Source of the DNA: Myxococcota bacterium
GTDB lineage: Bacteria; Myxococcota_A; Polyangia; Nannocystales; Nannocystaceae
Assembly: GCA_039028615.1 (NCBI GenBank)
Contig: JBCCHT010000026.1
Coordinates: forward strand, 128,001 to 192,000
DNA: 64,000 bases
Direction of reading: 5' to 3'
Every line of letters starts with the position of its first letter. Positions within the stretch are counted from its first letter, which is position 1. The notes beneath the pieces are model-generated. The model worked only from the letters and a program-made list of their open reading frames with translations, did no database searches and was not told where the DNA came from. Shown piece by piece: positions 18,901-27,330 of the stretch. A program made the position numbers and the translations under genes.

Positions 18901-19814
18901 TCGGTCTGCCGATCGTCCCGGCCGGGCTCAAGGACCTCTCGAAGCAGGCACGGGCGCAGACTTGTCGTCAGGCGGCGACGGCCATCGGCACGATGCTCGG
19001 CTACCGTAGCTCCAACAGCAGCGATTTGGCCCGGTTGAGCGTGTTGGCCAAGGCCATCGAAGTTCTCGGGCAAGTGGTGAAGGGCGAGGTGGGCCTGGAG
19101 CAGATCATCGGTCTCGTCGCGGATGAGGATCCTGCGCTGGTCAATGCCGTGGGGAGGTTGCCTCTGCGGCACTTCAGCAAGCTCGTCGATCATCTCGAGA
19201 CGCTGAGATTGTCTCGCGGCGAGCTTCTGTCCTCCGATGCAGAGCGGCTCGATCCCGCGCGGTTGCTCGGTGTCGATCGCGAGGACGGCAAGGTCTCGCT
19301 CAACGTGGTGAGCACCAAGTTCTTGGGAGACAACGCGAGCATCGATTTTTGGGTCGCTCGCATGCTCTCGGAACTCGCCGGTTGGGCCAGCCGGAACCCG
19401 AGTCCCGACCTACAGGCGCTGGTGATGTTCGACGAGGCCGATATCTACATGCCAGCCATGCGCAAGCCGGCCACCAAAGAACCGATGCTGGATCTGCTTC
19501 GTCGAGCACGGTCGGCAGGGGTCGGGGTGATGTTGGCGACGCAGAGCCCAGGGGACTTGGATTACAAGTCTCGCGACAACATCCGCACGTGGTTCGTCGG
19601 GCGCGTTGCGGAGAAGACGGCAATCGCGAAGATGCAACCGCTGCTCAGCGACTGTCGCACCAACGTGAAGGGCAAGCTCGCGCGCCAGGATATCGGCGAG
19701 TTTTTCATGCTCCAGTCGGGCAGTGCGATCGAGGTCAATGCGCATCGTTCGCTCATGGACACCGAGCAGCTGGCAGAAGACGAAATTCGCGAGTTGGCGC
19801 GGTCCGACGAGTAG
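15990..19814 (+). CDS. Large double P-loop ATPase: TerB-like N-terminus + AAA + HerA/DUF87-DUF853 domain
   Basis: First Walker A GPSGAGKT, Walker B LLVDQMED; second GSTGSGKT, LLDRKGD, MFDEAD, ATQSPGDL; IEADKQITDEE near the N-terminus; acidic linker. Confidence 0.88.
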   Translation: MMPDSISPLEIADTVDSIGSMIERVLEPGNEAELLGPDLHRLRVEHDLPRRMVVIGALLNDFARVAYCCIEADKQITDEEIEHIYPIYFSLLSFLAKFRPDYERFVGIGQDELRELLAYYAADSGPFGARAERTQWVGLDVCRRTARETGDEEPLERYVRSQRRIMDRVFSLGGMTTEEEVARKELGAMIELRRKLVETPLPGGTDPRITAFCSPSAPSVFGAIAHAHQVRERDPFDVDTVHSEAREGFERLVDRVLASDADQRGRILVLRGPSGAGKTHLMRAFRGYLHGHRRGFAAYMQMTTRAEDYARYVLVNIIDALERPYDAPELMNSGLITLSDALAEDRRTLPADVLEAFRDSDFDPMHTDPVSPLVDRLLEHPAYQGFDPDLLRVLLYLQRREPPIRARVLKYLRCEGLNDYDRRMLGGISPRLDQDSPLRMIEQLGRLMSRVGRFAFVLLVDQMEDVFNLDESGVRIARAVDVLRHVIDHVPTAVVVLSCLHDFYDRVRRHLSRSALDRLESDPPPITLNAGRSLAEIQRIVGLRLDYLYDKMDVRFHDDDPTFPIPTKELESRVNMRTRDVLDWCREYQQQCIERGGLTDMPAGAPKQRKAEPSETNRLEQAWNDFRIAFSKPVPEDDETLLELLAWASSQVGQEYEPPFGLVTEREGAALVVMGGDEPLVVGIGNRGTRGGGLHRQLTGLREQAGSRPLGLVRCSEFPDNPRTKVFKALGELLRDGGRRVTVEDGDWRTIMAFRVFSEEHGSEDGFGAWRRNERPLAQIASLQELLALDELARRVGKDGKPSPERVDDPPEAPVASPGDDQPEGDGEQEDEQDPEEIEVDPEPADIEDAEEVDSGDAEPTAPNEIAVGRTTGFNAKPVTMRLGTLVTHGAFLGSTGSGKTTLALNLIEQALERGIPTLLLDRKGDLCTYARPSWWAAEGRDEEASVRKQKLRDQVDITIYTPGAPTGRDLGLPIVPAGLKDLSKQARAQTCRQAATAIGTMLGYRSSNSSDLARLSVLAKAIEVLGQVVKGEVGLEQIIGLVADEDPALVNAVGRLPLRHFSKLVDHLETLRLSRGELLSSDAERLDPARLLGVDREDGKVSLNVVSTKFLGDNASIDFWVARMLSELAGWASRNPSPDLQALVMFDEADIYMPAMRKPATKEPMLDLLRRARSAGVGVMLATQSPGDLDYKSRDNIRTWFVGRVAEKTAIAKMQPLLSDCRTNVKGKLARQDIGEFFMLQSGSAIEVNAHRSLMDTEQLAEDEIRELARSDE

Positions 19815-20148
19815 CTCTTCGTCGAGCCGAATCCACAAGCAGGCGGCGGAAGCTCACGGTTTCCGTCGCTTGTTCAATTGCCCGCCACCCTTCACCAAAC
19901 CCCTTTCACGCCCCAACCACCAATCCCCGTCAAACCAAATCCAACCTTTTCGATGTTCGAACCACCCACCCCGACGACCACCGTCGCCATCGATCACCAC
20001 CACCACCCGAGGCACCAAACCGCGTACCCCTCCCCATCACACCAACCCTCTCTCCGCGACTCGCACGCAACACCCCGCGGCGTGGGCGGCGATCCTGACA
20101 GCCACCGCCAACCTTGAGGTCGCAGGGGCGATCGGGCAGGCTTGTCGC

Positions 20149-22170
20149 ATGAGTTGTCGGCGTCGTCGTTGGTCTTTGGGGTTGGTCGCGAGCTTGGCTC
20201 TGGTCGTTGCGTGTGGGGACGACGGGGGAGCGACGCCGACGGAGGATTCGGGAAGCACGACGGGGACTCCGGGGACGACGGGGTCCGAGGGGGCCGACGA
20301 GACGGGGAGCAGTGGCAGTAGCGGCGAGGTGGATGTGGATGCGAACTGCAGCGTTCGCTATCGCTGGGAGCCCGGGGGGGGCGACGTATCGAGCTTCCCG
20401 ACGCTGGAGATGGTGGCGGAAGATGCTTCGACGCCGACCGGCTATCGCGTCTCGCTGTCGGTCGACGACTATCCAGATCTGTCGGGTTATGGGCCCTATA
20501 CCGACGAGATTGCGACGGCGATGTCGAGCCTCGACGGGTTCGGTATCCAGGGAGAGGCCTTTGCTCGCTTCGACGGGGCCCTCGACGCGAAGGCGCTGCC
20601 TCCGGCGAATGCGGAGGCGTCGGTCGACGATGCGATCGGGATCGTGGTGATGCCGGAGGGGGGCGAGCCCTACCTGGCTCCGGTGGGCGTGGAGCTGACC
20701 GATGGCGGCGAGACGGTGATGGTCTACCCGATGTTCCCGCTGCCGCACGGGACGAACGTCGCATTTTGGATCAAGTCGGACTTTGCGGTGTCGGAGGGCG
20801 ATTGCCTGGCCGCGTCGGCCGGGATGCGAGAGCTGCTCGACAATGTGGAGGGCGAGGTGGGCGATGCGCTCACGGCGTTGCGCGACATGGGCGTCGTGGA
20901 GTCGGGCGACGACCTGGCGACGCTCCAGCCCTATCCCACGCAGAGCACGGCTCGAGTTTCGTATGCGGTGGCCGAGCACATCGCGAACATGCCGGAGAGC
21001 GAGTTCACGCTCACCGACACGACCTGCGAGCTGACCGAAGAGTTCAACTACTGTACGTCGACGTTCTCCTCGACGGACTATCGCAACGCAGAAGGGGTGG
21101 TGACGGTCGATGTGGACGCGGTCGAAGGACAGACGTCGTGGGACCTGGTGGTGCACTCGTGGCTGCCGCTGACGGGCACCGCTCCGTATCCGACGGTGCT
21201 GTATGGCCACGGGCTGACGGGGAGCGGTGAGCAAGGCTCGGCGCTGGCGGGGACGGCCATTCCGCGGGGGTACGCGGTGGTGGGCATCTCGGCGCTGATG
21301 CACGGCGACCACCCGAGCCTCGGAGGCAAGAGCCTCGACGGACTGTTGGCGACGCTGGCGTTTTTCGCGGCCGATCTGGAAGAGGGCAAGATCGATGCGC
21401 TGCGGCTTCGCGACCACCTGCGTCAGTCGACGTACGACAAGCTGCACGTGACCCGGCTGCTGCAGAGCGGGCCCGACCTCGACGGGGACGAGACGCCAGA
21501 CGTCGACCCGGAGCAGCTGGCCTATCTGGGAATCTCGCTGGGCGGGGTGATGGGCAGCGAGCTGCTGGCCCTGACCGATGCATTCCAGGGCGGGGTGCTC
21601 ATCATGCCGGGCGGGCGAGTGACGACGGTGATGACGGACCCGATGGGCAGCTTCGTCGACGTGCTGTCGCTGCTGGTGCCGGGGGATTTCTCCGATGGGG
21701 ACGAGCGGCGCTTGTTCGCGCTGCTCCAGACGGTGCTCGACGGTGGTGATCCCTCGACCTACGGGGCCAATGTGCTGCACGATCGGCTCGACTTTGCCCC
21801 GAACGCGCCCGATCTCCTGGTGGGGGCGGTGCTCGACGACAACACGGTGGTCAACGCGGCGAACTGGGCGTTGTCGCGGGCCTTGGGCATCGACATCGTG
21901 CCGCCCACGCTGCGGCCCGTGCCGGGCCTGGGCGAGACGGCAGCGGTTCCGGTCTCGGGCAACATGGCGGACGGAGTCACGGCGGGTCTGCTGCAGTTCG
22001 ACGTGATCGCGAACGACGAAGGGGAGGTGATCATGGGTACCCACATCAACCTGTCGTTCTCCGAGGTGGGGCTGACGGCGTGGTGGGGATTCTTGGATTC
22101 CCTGTTCGCGGACGGTACGGCGACGATCAACGACCCGTATGTCGAGGTGGGCCTCGACCACGCACGCTGA
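20149..22170 (+). CDS. Secreted lipoprotein, alpha/beta-hydrolase (lipase-like)
   Basis: Lipobox LVVAC, S/T/G linker, YGHGL, GISLGG nucleophile elbow. Confidence 0.8.
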   Translation: MSCRRRRWSLGLVASLALVVACGDDGGATPTEDSGSTTGTPGTTGSEGADETGSSGSSGEVDVDANCSVRYRWEPGGGDVSSFPTLEMVAEDASTPTGYRVSLSVDDYPDLSGYGPYTDEIATAMSSLDGFGIQGEAFARFDGALDAKALPPANAEASVDDAIGIVVMPEGGEPYLAPVGVELTDGGETVMVYPMFPLPHGTNVAFWIKSDFAVSEGDCLAASAGMRELLDNVEGEVGDALTALRDMGVVESGDDLATLQPYPTQSTARVSYAVAEHIANMPESEFTLTDTTCELTEEFNYCTSTFSSTDYRNAEGVVTVDVDAVEGQTSWDLVVHSWLPLTGTAPYPTVLYGHGLTGSGEQGSALAGTAIPRGYAVVGISALMHGDHPSLGGKSLDGLLATLAFFAADLEEGKIDALRLRDHLRQSTYDKLHVTRLLQSGPDLDGDETPDVDPEQLAYLGISLGGVMGSELLALTDAFQGGVLIMPGGRVTTVMTDPMGSFVDVLSLLVPGDFSDGDERRLFALLQTVLDGGDPSTYGANVLHDRLDFAPNAPDLLVGAVLDDNTVVNAANWALSRALGIDIVPPTLRPVPGLGETAAVPVSGNMADGVTAGLLQFDVIANDEGEVIMGTHINLSFSEVGLTAWWGFLDSLFADGTATINDPYVEVGLDHAR

Positions 22171-22419
22171 GAACGGGTCGGGCGTACCCTGCGTGGGGTT
22201 CCCCGACATGTCGGGAGTCACGCGGGTGTAGGGCTTTGGCCGAGCGAGCGCGGCGAGCCTGCAAGGGGGTCGATTGGGCCCTTCGATCGACGCGCGGTTT
22301 CATCCTTCGAGGGGCGGGGGATGGACGGTGTTCTCGAGCGAGCGTGATCGGCGTGTTCGTGAAGGCGGTCGAAGTCGCTCGCCGGGCCGTGACTTCGTCC
22401 TCTATCCTGAGACGGGGGC

Positions 22420-23013
22420 ATGGAGCACCAGGGCACACCGGGCTGTCGAATCAGCGGCAAGCTGCTGATCGGCGGACGGAAGACGTACAAGGAGGAGGCG
22501 GCAGGGCGCGACCTCGCGGCGTTCGTCGACCAGCTTCCCGAGGCCCTGCGCTGGTTCTTCGAGGAACGATTTCTGCCCACGAGTTGGTACGACGCGTCGT
22601 GCCTGGAGACGATCCAGCTCGAGTTTGCGCGGTGGCTGGACGAGGACCCGGGCCGAGTGGCGCGGCGGCTCGGAGGCAAGACGGCCTACGAGAACGCGGG
22701 CTCGGTGGGGCGGATCTTGATGTCGCTATTCGGGTCGCCGCAACGCGTGGCGAAGTACCTGCCCGACTACTGGGGCCGGCTCTACGACAGCGGCGTGGTC
22801 GAGGCGGACTACGATCGCACCACGGGCCTGTTGTCGATCACGATCCGCGAGTGGGAGAGCCACTCTCCGCTGATGTGCCTCAACCCCTTGGGATCGATCG
22901 AAGAGATGTCGCGACGCTTTCGGGAGCCTCGCTTCATCGATGGCCGGAGGGTAGCGTGCGTGGCCACGGGCGCCTCTGCGTGCCGCTACGAGCTGCGCTA
23001 CGCGTCGCTCTGA
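22420..23013 (+). CDS. Hypothetical protein (myxobacterial DUF2378/V4R-like)
   Basis: LPTSWYD, YWGRLYDSG, C-terminal CVATGASACRYELRY. Confidence 0.6.
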   Translation: MEHQGTPGCRISGKLLIGGRKTYKEEAAGRDLAAFVDQLPEALRWFFEERFLPTSWYDASCLETIQLEFARWLDEDPGRVARRLGGKTAYENAGSVGRILMSLFGSPQRVAKYLPDYWGRLYDSGVVEADYDRTTGLLSITIREWESHSPLMCLNPLGSIEEMSRRFREPRFIDGRRVACVATGASACRYELRYASL

Positions 23014-23032
23014 GCTCGCGCCCGGGTGGGGG

Positions 23033-24172
23033 CTAAGGGTCGTTCACCCAGATCTCGACGACCCAGGAGGGCAGGAGATCGCTGACGTAGGTGTCACTCC
23101 CTCGCACGAGGAGTAGGTCATCCGCGCCGTCGCCGTTGACGTCGCTGGTGAGGACGTCGACCGAGTCGAGGTCCCAGGGCGAACCGATGAACTCGGCATT
23201 GCCCGGGTTGGCATCGAAGAGCGAGTGGCCCCACTGCACGGACGAGCCCTCGTCGGAGACGAACAGCAAATCATCGCGGCCATCGGCGTCGAGATCGGCC
23301 ACGTGGGCCCTGGACCAGTTGCCATCGGCATCGAAGGTGAGGGTGGCATCTGCACCGTGACCCGTGCGGATCTGGAGTTCGAGCTGATCACCCTCCCGGC
23401 GCTGCGTGGCGAGGTCATGGAACCCGTCGCCATCGAAGTCGCCGACCCACATCGTGGTGGGCTCTGGCTCGGTGAGGGCGAAGGGGTCCTGCCACGGGGC
23501 GGAGTACTTCAGGACCTCGCCGCTCTCGGCGGCCCACAGCAGCTCGTCACGGCCGTCGCAGTCGAGGTCGGCCTTGAGAACCTGGGCGCTGCCGTTGGGG
23601 CTGAAGGTCCAGGGCATGTAGCGCTCGGTGGGGATTCCCGCTGGATCGATCACCACCACGACTTCGTCCAGCCCCTGGACGGCGAACCCGGGCTCACCGT
23701 CGTCGCCGAAGCGCCCAGTTTCGAAGTAGGGGCGATGCCCGAGCGGGGTGATGTCGGACAGCTCGTGGCACCACGTGGCCGTGAACCCGCCCCCGCGATC
23801 GACCTCGAATGCACAGACCTGCTGGCGATTGTCGGCGTGACCCCAGAGCAAGACCTCGGGGAGAAAGCCGCTGCGGTCGATGGTGGCCGCGTAGGGAACC
23901 TGGTCGATGGCCATGCTCGTCGCGGCGGGGGCGAAGGTCCCGTCCGCCTGCCCCAGCTGGATCCCGACACGGGGCGGATCTTGGGAGACGAGGGTCAGGG
24001 CGTCGGCCCGGCCATCACCGTTGGCATCGCCGATTGCGAGCAGGATGTCGGAACCGGCCTCTCGTGCCTCGAGGCAGAGCTGACCGGGAACGGAGAGACC
24101 ATCACCGCAGACGTCGGATTCGCTGCCGCACGCGGCCAGAGGCATTGCCAGCAGTACGAGAAAACGACGCAT
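23033..24172 (-). CDS. FG-GAP/VCBS repeat lipoprotein
   Basis: Lipobox LAAC; repeats GDANGDGRAD, DLDCDGRDE, GDFDGDGFHD, DLDADGRDD, DVNGDGADD. Confidence 0.8.
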   Translation of the reverse strand: MRRFLVLLAMPLAACGSESDVCGDGLSVPGQLCLEAREAGSDILLAIGDANGDGRADALTLVSQDPPRVGIQLGQADGTFAPAATSMAIDQVPYAATIDRSGFLPEVLLWGHADNRQQVCAFEVDRGGGFTATWCHELSDITPLGHRPYFETGRFGDDGEPGFAVQGLDEVVVVIDPAGIPTERYMPWTFSPNGSAQVLKADLDCDGRDELLWAAESGEVLKYSAPWQDPFALTEPEPTTMWVGDFDGDGFHDLATQRREGDQLELQIRTGHGADATLTFDADGNWSRAHVADLDADGRDDLLFVSDEGSSVQWGHSLFDANPGNAEFIGSPWDLDSVDVLTSDVNGDGADDLLLVRGSDTYVSDLLPSWVVEIWVNDP

Positions 24173-24272
24173 GCTTGACTCTAGCGCGGGGGTCGGGGGC
24201 CGCAAGCAGCTTGGGATGCGTTCGCGGCATTCCCCTCGAAGGAAGGAAACGCCGCGAACGGTGGCTCGTCCC

Positions 24273-24791
24273 TCACGCGGAAGCGGGCACGAGGCCCAAG
24301 GGGCCCAAGAAGTCCGCCTTACCCAGCGGAATACCCAGTTGGCGCATGATTCCGTAGGCGGTGGTCAGGTGGAAGTAGACGTTGGGAATCGAGAAGTCCT
24401 TGGCGAGGTCGTCGGTTCGGATCTCCATACCCTTGATGGCGGGGATGGTGACCATGCGCTCCGCGGCTCCCTCGGCCTTCTCGGCGGTGACCGACTCGAG
24501 GAAGGCCCGGGTCTTGGCCACTTTGTTCCGCAGGTCGTCGAGGGTCTGCTCGTCGTCGAGGATCTCCGGGCGAGCGACGCCCCCGATGCGATCGGCGAGC
24601 AGCGTGGCGTTGTTGCAGGCGAACTGAACCTGGCCGCGGAGGGTGTACATGTTGGGGTACAGCCGCTGCTCGAGCAGGACGTCGAGCGGGATCTCGTTGT
24701 CGCTGCAGAAGGCCTCGGCCTTGTTCAGCCACCCCTCGAGGTTGGTGAACATCTTGAGCAACTGGGGAATGGTCTGGTGAAAGAGGGCCAT
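24273..24791 (-). CDS. DUF1993 family (DinB-like) protein
   Basis: RLYPNMYTLRGQVQFAC, IPNVYFHLTTAYGIMRQLGIPLGKADFLG. Confidence 0.88.
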   Translation of the reverse strand: MALFHQTIPQLLKMFTNLEGWLNKAEAFCSDNEIPLDVLLEQRLYPNMYTLRGQVQFACNNATLLADRIGGVARPEILDDEQTLDDLRNKVAKTRAFLESVTAEKAEGAAERMVTIPAIKGMEIRTDDLAKDFSIPNVYFHLTTAYGIMRQLGIPLGKADFLGPLGLVPASA

Positions 24792-24819
24792 GGTGTTTGC
24801 TCCGATCTGGGTTCGGGGT

Positions 24820-25170
24820 CTAGTCGACGCGCTCGACTCGGAAGCCGCGGTTGGTGTCGAAGCCGACGTGGTCTCGAATGGCCTCGACGGCGGGGTTCGG
24901 GTTTCGATAGCTCCACACCGCGTTCTCGGCGTCGCGGAAGCTGGAGTAGGTGGCCTGGCCCTTGAGGGGGCAGGTCGACTCTTGGTCTGTGGTCTGCAGC
25001 ACCAGGCCGCGGGTGGCCTCGGGCGCGAAGTAAGGAACGGCCGGGAAGGTCCGGTCTTTGAAGTGCTCTTCGAGCTCGAGGACCTGGTCGGTCTCGAGGA
25101 GGAGCTCGTCGCCGAAGAACACTCGGTAGGGCCGGGTCGCGGCACGGATGGTTGCGAAATGGTCAGGCAT
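24820..25170 (-). CDS. DUF427 domain protein
   Basis: STCPLKGQATY, AVWSYRNP, IRDHVGF. Confidence 0.88.
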   Translation of the reverse strand: MPDHFATIRAATRPYRVFFGDELLLETDQVLELEEHFKDRTFPAVPYFAPEATRGLVLQTTDQESTCPLKGQATYSSFRDAENAVWSYRNPNPAVEAIRDHVGFDTNRGFRVERVD

Positions 25171-25391
25171 GGGTCTTGGCTCCGGACAATGAGAGGCGGT
25201 CGTCCCGCGGCGGTCGCCTGGGAAGCACTCCTCAGGGGCCGCAAGGGTCCAAAATCCGCCGTTTCGAGGTCGTTGGCCGCCGTTTGGCGGGCTCGATGAG
25301 GACTATATGGGCTGGTCCGTACCGCGTCATCGCGCAATACTTGGCGGCCTCGGTGCATCGATGCACACCGGGGCAAACGCGGGGGCAGAGC

Positions 25392-26267
25392 ATGAATTGG
25401 GACGATCTGCGCTTCTTCCTCGCGGTATGCCGCCATGGTTCCGTGACCGGCGCGGGCAAGCAGCTCGGCGTCACCCACACCACGGTGGCTCGGCGCATTG
25501 CGGCGTTCGAGGAATCGGTGGGCACACGCCTATTCGACCGCACGCGTGACGGCTACGGGATGACGCAGTCGGCCGAGGACATCTACCACCGGGCCGAGGC
25601 GGTGGAGGTCAGCTTGATCGACATCGAGCGCAGTGTGTTCGGGCGGGATGCCGAGCTGAAGGGTCCGCTCAAGCTCACCGCGCCCGATCACCTCACCGAC
25701 GTGGTGATTGCACCCCACATGTCGAAGCTCCGTCAGATGCATCCCGGCATCGAGCTGGAGTTGTTGTCGACGACCGCGGTGCTGGACCTCGATGCCCGGC
25801 AAGCCGACCTCGCGCTGCGAATTACGCGGGCCCCTCCCGACTACCTCATCGGACGCAAGATCGTGCCGGTGGAGCTGGGTGCGTACGCGAGCGCCTCGTA
25901 CATCGAGGAGCACGAGGGCAGCCCCGAGTTCATCTTGTATCGAGCAGACACGGAATCGAAGTGGATGCAGCTGTTCCCCCCAGGTGAGGTCGCCCTGCGG
26001 GTGGAAGGGGTGAGCACCGTTTATGCGGCGGTCAAGAACGGAGTGGGGATCGGCTGGCTCCCGTGTTTCTTCGCCGACGTCGATCCAGAGCTTCGGCGAA
26101 TCGAAACTCCAACGAGCCCGACCGAGTGGGGGCTGTGGATCCTCAACCACGTCGACTTGAGGGGCACCGCCCGCGTCCGAGCGGTCCGCGAGTTCCTCGT
26201 CGAGACCATCGAGGGGCAGCGCGACCTGATCATGGGGAAACACTCGCGCCTGGCCAAACTCCGCTGA
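25392..26267 (+). CDS. LysR family transcriptional regulator
   Basis: MNWDDLRFFLAV...GSVTGAGKQLGVTHTTVARRI; divergent from the DUF427/DUF1993 genes. Confidence 0.93.
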   Translation: MNWDDLRFFLAVCRHGSVTGAGKQLGVTHTTVARRIAAFEESVGTRLFDRTRDGYGMTQSAEDIYHRAEAVEVSLIDIERSVFGRDAELKGPLKLTAPDHLTDVVIAPHMSKLRQMHPGIELELLSTTAVLDLDARQADLALRITRAPPDYLIGRKIVPVELGAYASASYIEEHEGSPEFILYRADTESKWMQLFPPGEVALRVEGVSTVYAAVKNGVGIGWLPCFFADVDPELRRIETPTSPTEWGLWILNHVDLRGTARVRAVREFLVETIEGQRDLIMGKHSRLAKLR

Positions 26268-26276
26268 GTGAACGGG

Positions 26277-27260
26277 ATGAGCAAGGAGGTCGAGCGTGTG
26301 TTCGTGACGGGGGCGACCGGACTGGTCGGGCGCGCGGTGGTGAGCAGACTGCGGGAGCGGGATGGTGCCGTGACGGCCTCGGCTCGTGCCGTTCCCGATG
26401 ACGCTGGAGCCGACGACCTCGTGCGGTGGGTCGCGGGTGATCTGCGGGAGCTGTCGGGCTGGCAGGAGCAGCTCACCGGGCACGAGACGCTGGTGCACTG
26501 CGGTGCGCTCGTTGGACCGGGGCACTCCGCAGCCGACTCCATGCGAGTCAACGGCCAGGGCACGCGCGAACTCCTCGAAGCGGCGAGCCGAGCCGGTGTC
26601 GAGCACTTCGTGCACATCAGCAGCACGGGGGTGTACGGCTACGAGCAGGGTCGCTACGGAGAGGACGACCCGCTCACCATCGATGTTCGCGAGCCCTACG
26701 TCGCCTCGAAGGTCGAGGCCGAGCGCGCCTGTCAGTGGGCGCGGACCGAGACGAGCATGAGCATCACCGTCTTGCGTCCGAGCATGATCTACGGCGCGAG
26801 CCCCCGCGGCTTCTTGCCGATGTTCGCGAGCGCGATCGGCGAGGGCAAGTTCAAGATCCTGGGCGATGGTGGAGCCCGCATGCCCGTGGTCAGTGTCGAC
26901 GACGTGGCCGCAGCGGTGGTGCAGGTCGTGAGCACGCCCGAGGCGCGAGGCCAGACCTACAACATCGACGCCGAAGGCGAGGCCACGTGGCGGGAGGTCG
27001 TCGAGCTCATCGCCAGCCAGGTGGGCGCGGCGCCTCCGAAGTCGATCCCGCGCTGGGTCGCGGCGAGCGTCGCCCGCGTCGCGCAGTGGATCAGCGCGTT
27101 GCCCGGTGTGCCGCCGTCACCCCTGCATCCCGTCTTGGTCGAGATGATGACCCGCAGCTATCGCTATGACATCTCGCGGGCCAAGCAGACGCTGGGGCTC
27201 GAGCCCACGCCGTGGGCCGAAGGCATCACGGCGGCGCTGTCCGAGATCGCATCCCGTTGA
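26277..27260 (+). CDS. NAD-dependent epimerase/dehydratase family protein
   Basis: VTGATGLVG, HISSTGVYG, YVASK, LRPSMIYG. Confidence 0.9.
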   Translation: MSKEVERVFVTGATGLVGRAVVSRLRERDGAVTASARAVPDDAGADDLVRWVAGDLRELSGWQEQLTGHETLVHCGALVGPGHSAADSMRVNGQGTRELLEAASRAGVEHFVHISSTGVYGYEQGRYGEDDPLTIDVREPYVASKVEAERACQWARTETSMSITVLRPSMIYGASPRGFLPMFASAIGEGKFKILGDGGARMPVVSVDDVAAAVVQVVSTPEARGQTYNIDAEGEATWREVVELIASQVGAAPPKSIPRWVAASVARVAQWISALPGVPPSPLHPVLVEMMTRSYRYDISRAKQTLGLEPTPWAEGITAALSEIASR

Positions 27261-27279
27261 TGCGGGGTTGAATCCTCCG

Positions 27280-27318
27280 GCGTGCCCTCGGCCCAGGGGG
27301 CAGGGACCGAGGGCACGC
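27280..27318. terminator. 12-bp GC hairpin between convergent genes
   Basis: GCGTGCCCTCGG...CCGAGGGCACGC. Confidence 0.55.
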
Positions 27319-27330
27319 GATGGAGGAACT

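Noticed and set aside
3183..19814. Island as a prophage, ICE or transposon
   Set aside because: No integrase, transposase, phage or conjugation genes and no flanking direct repeats recognised; mobility is unsupported.
19930..22221. 763-aa minus-strand ORF
   Set aside because: Antisense shadow of the hydrolase lipoprotein; no motifs.
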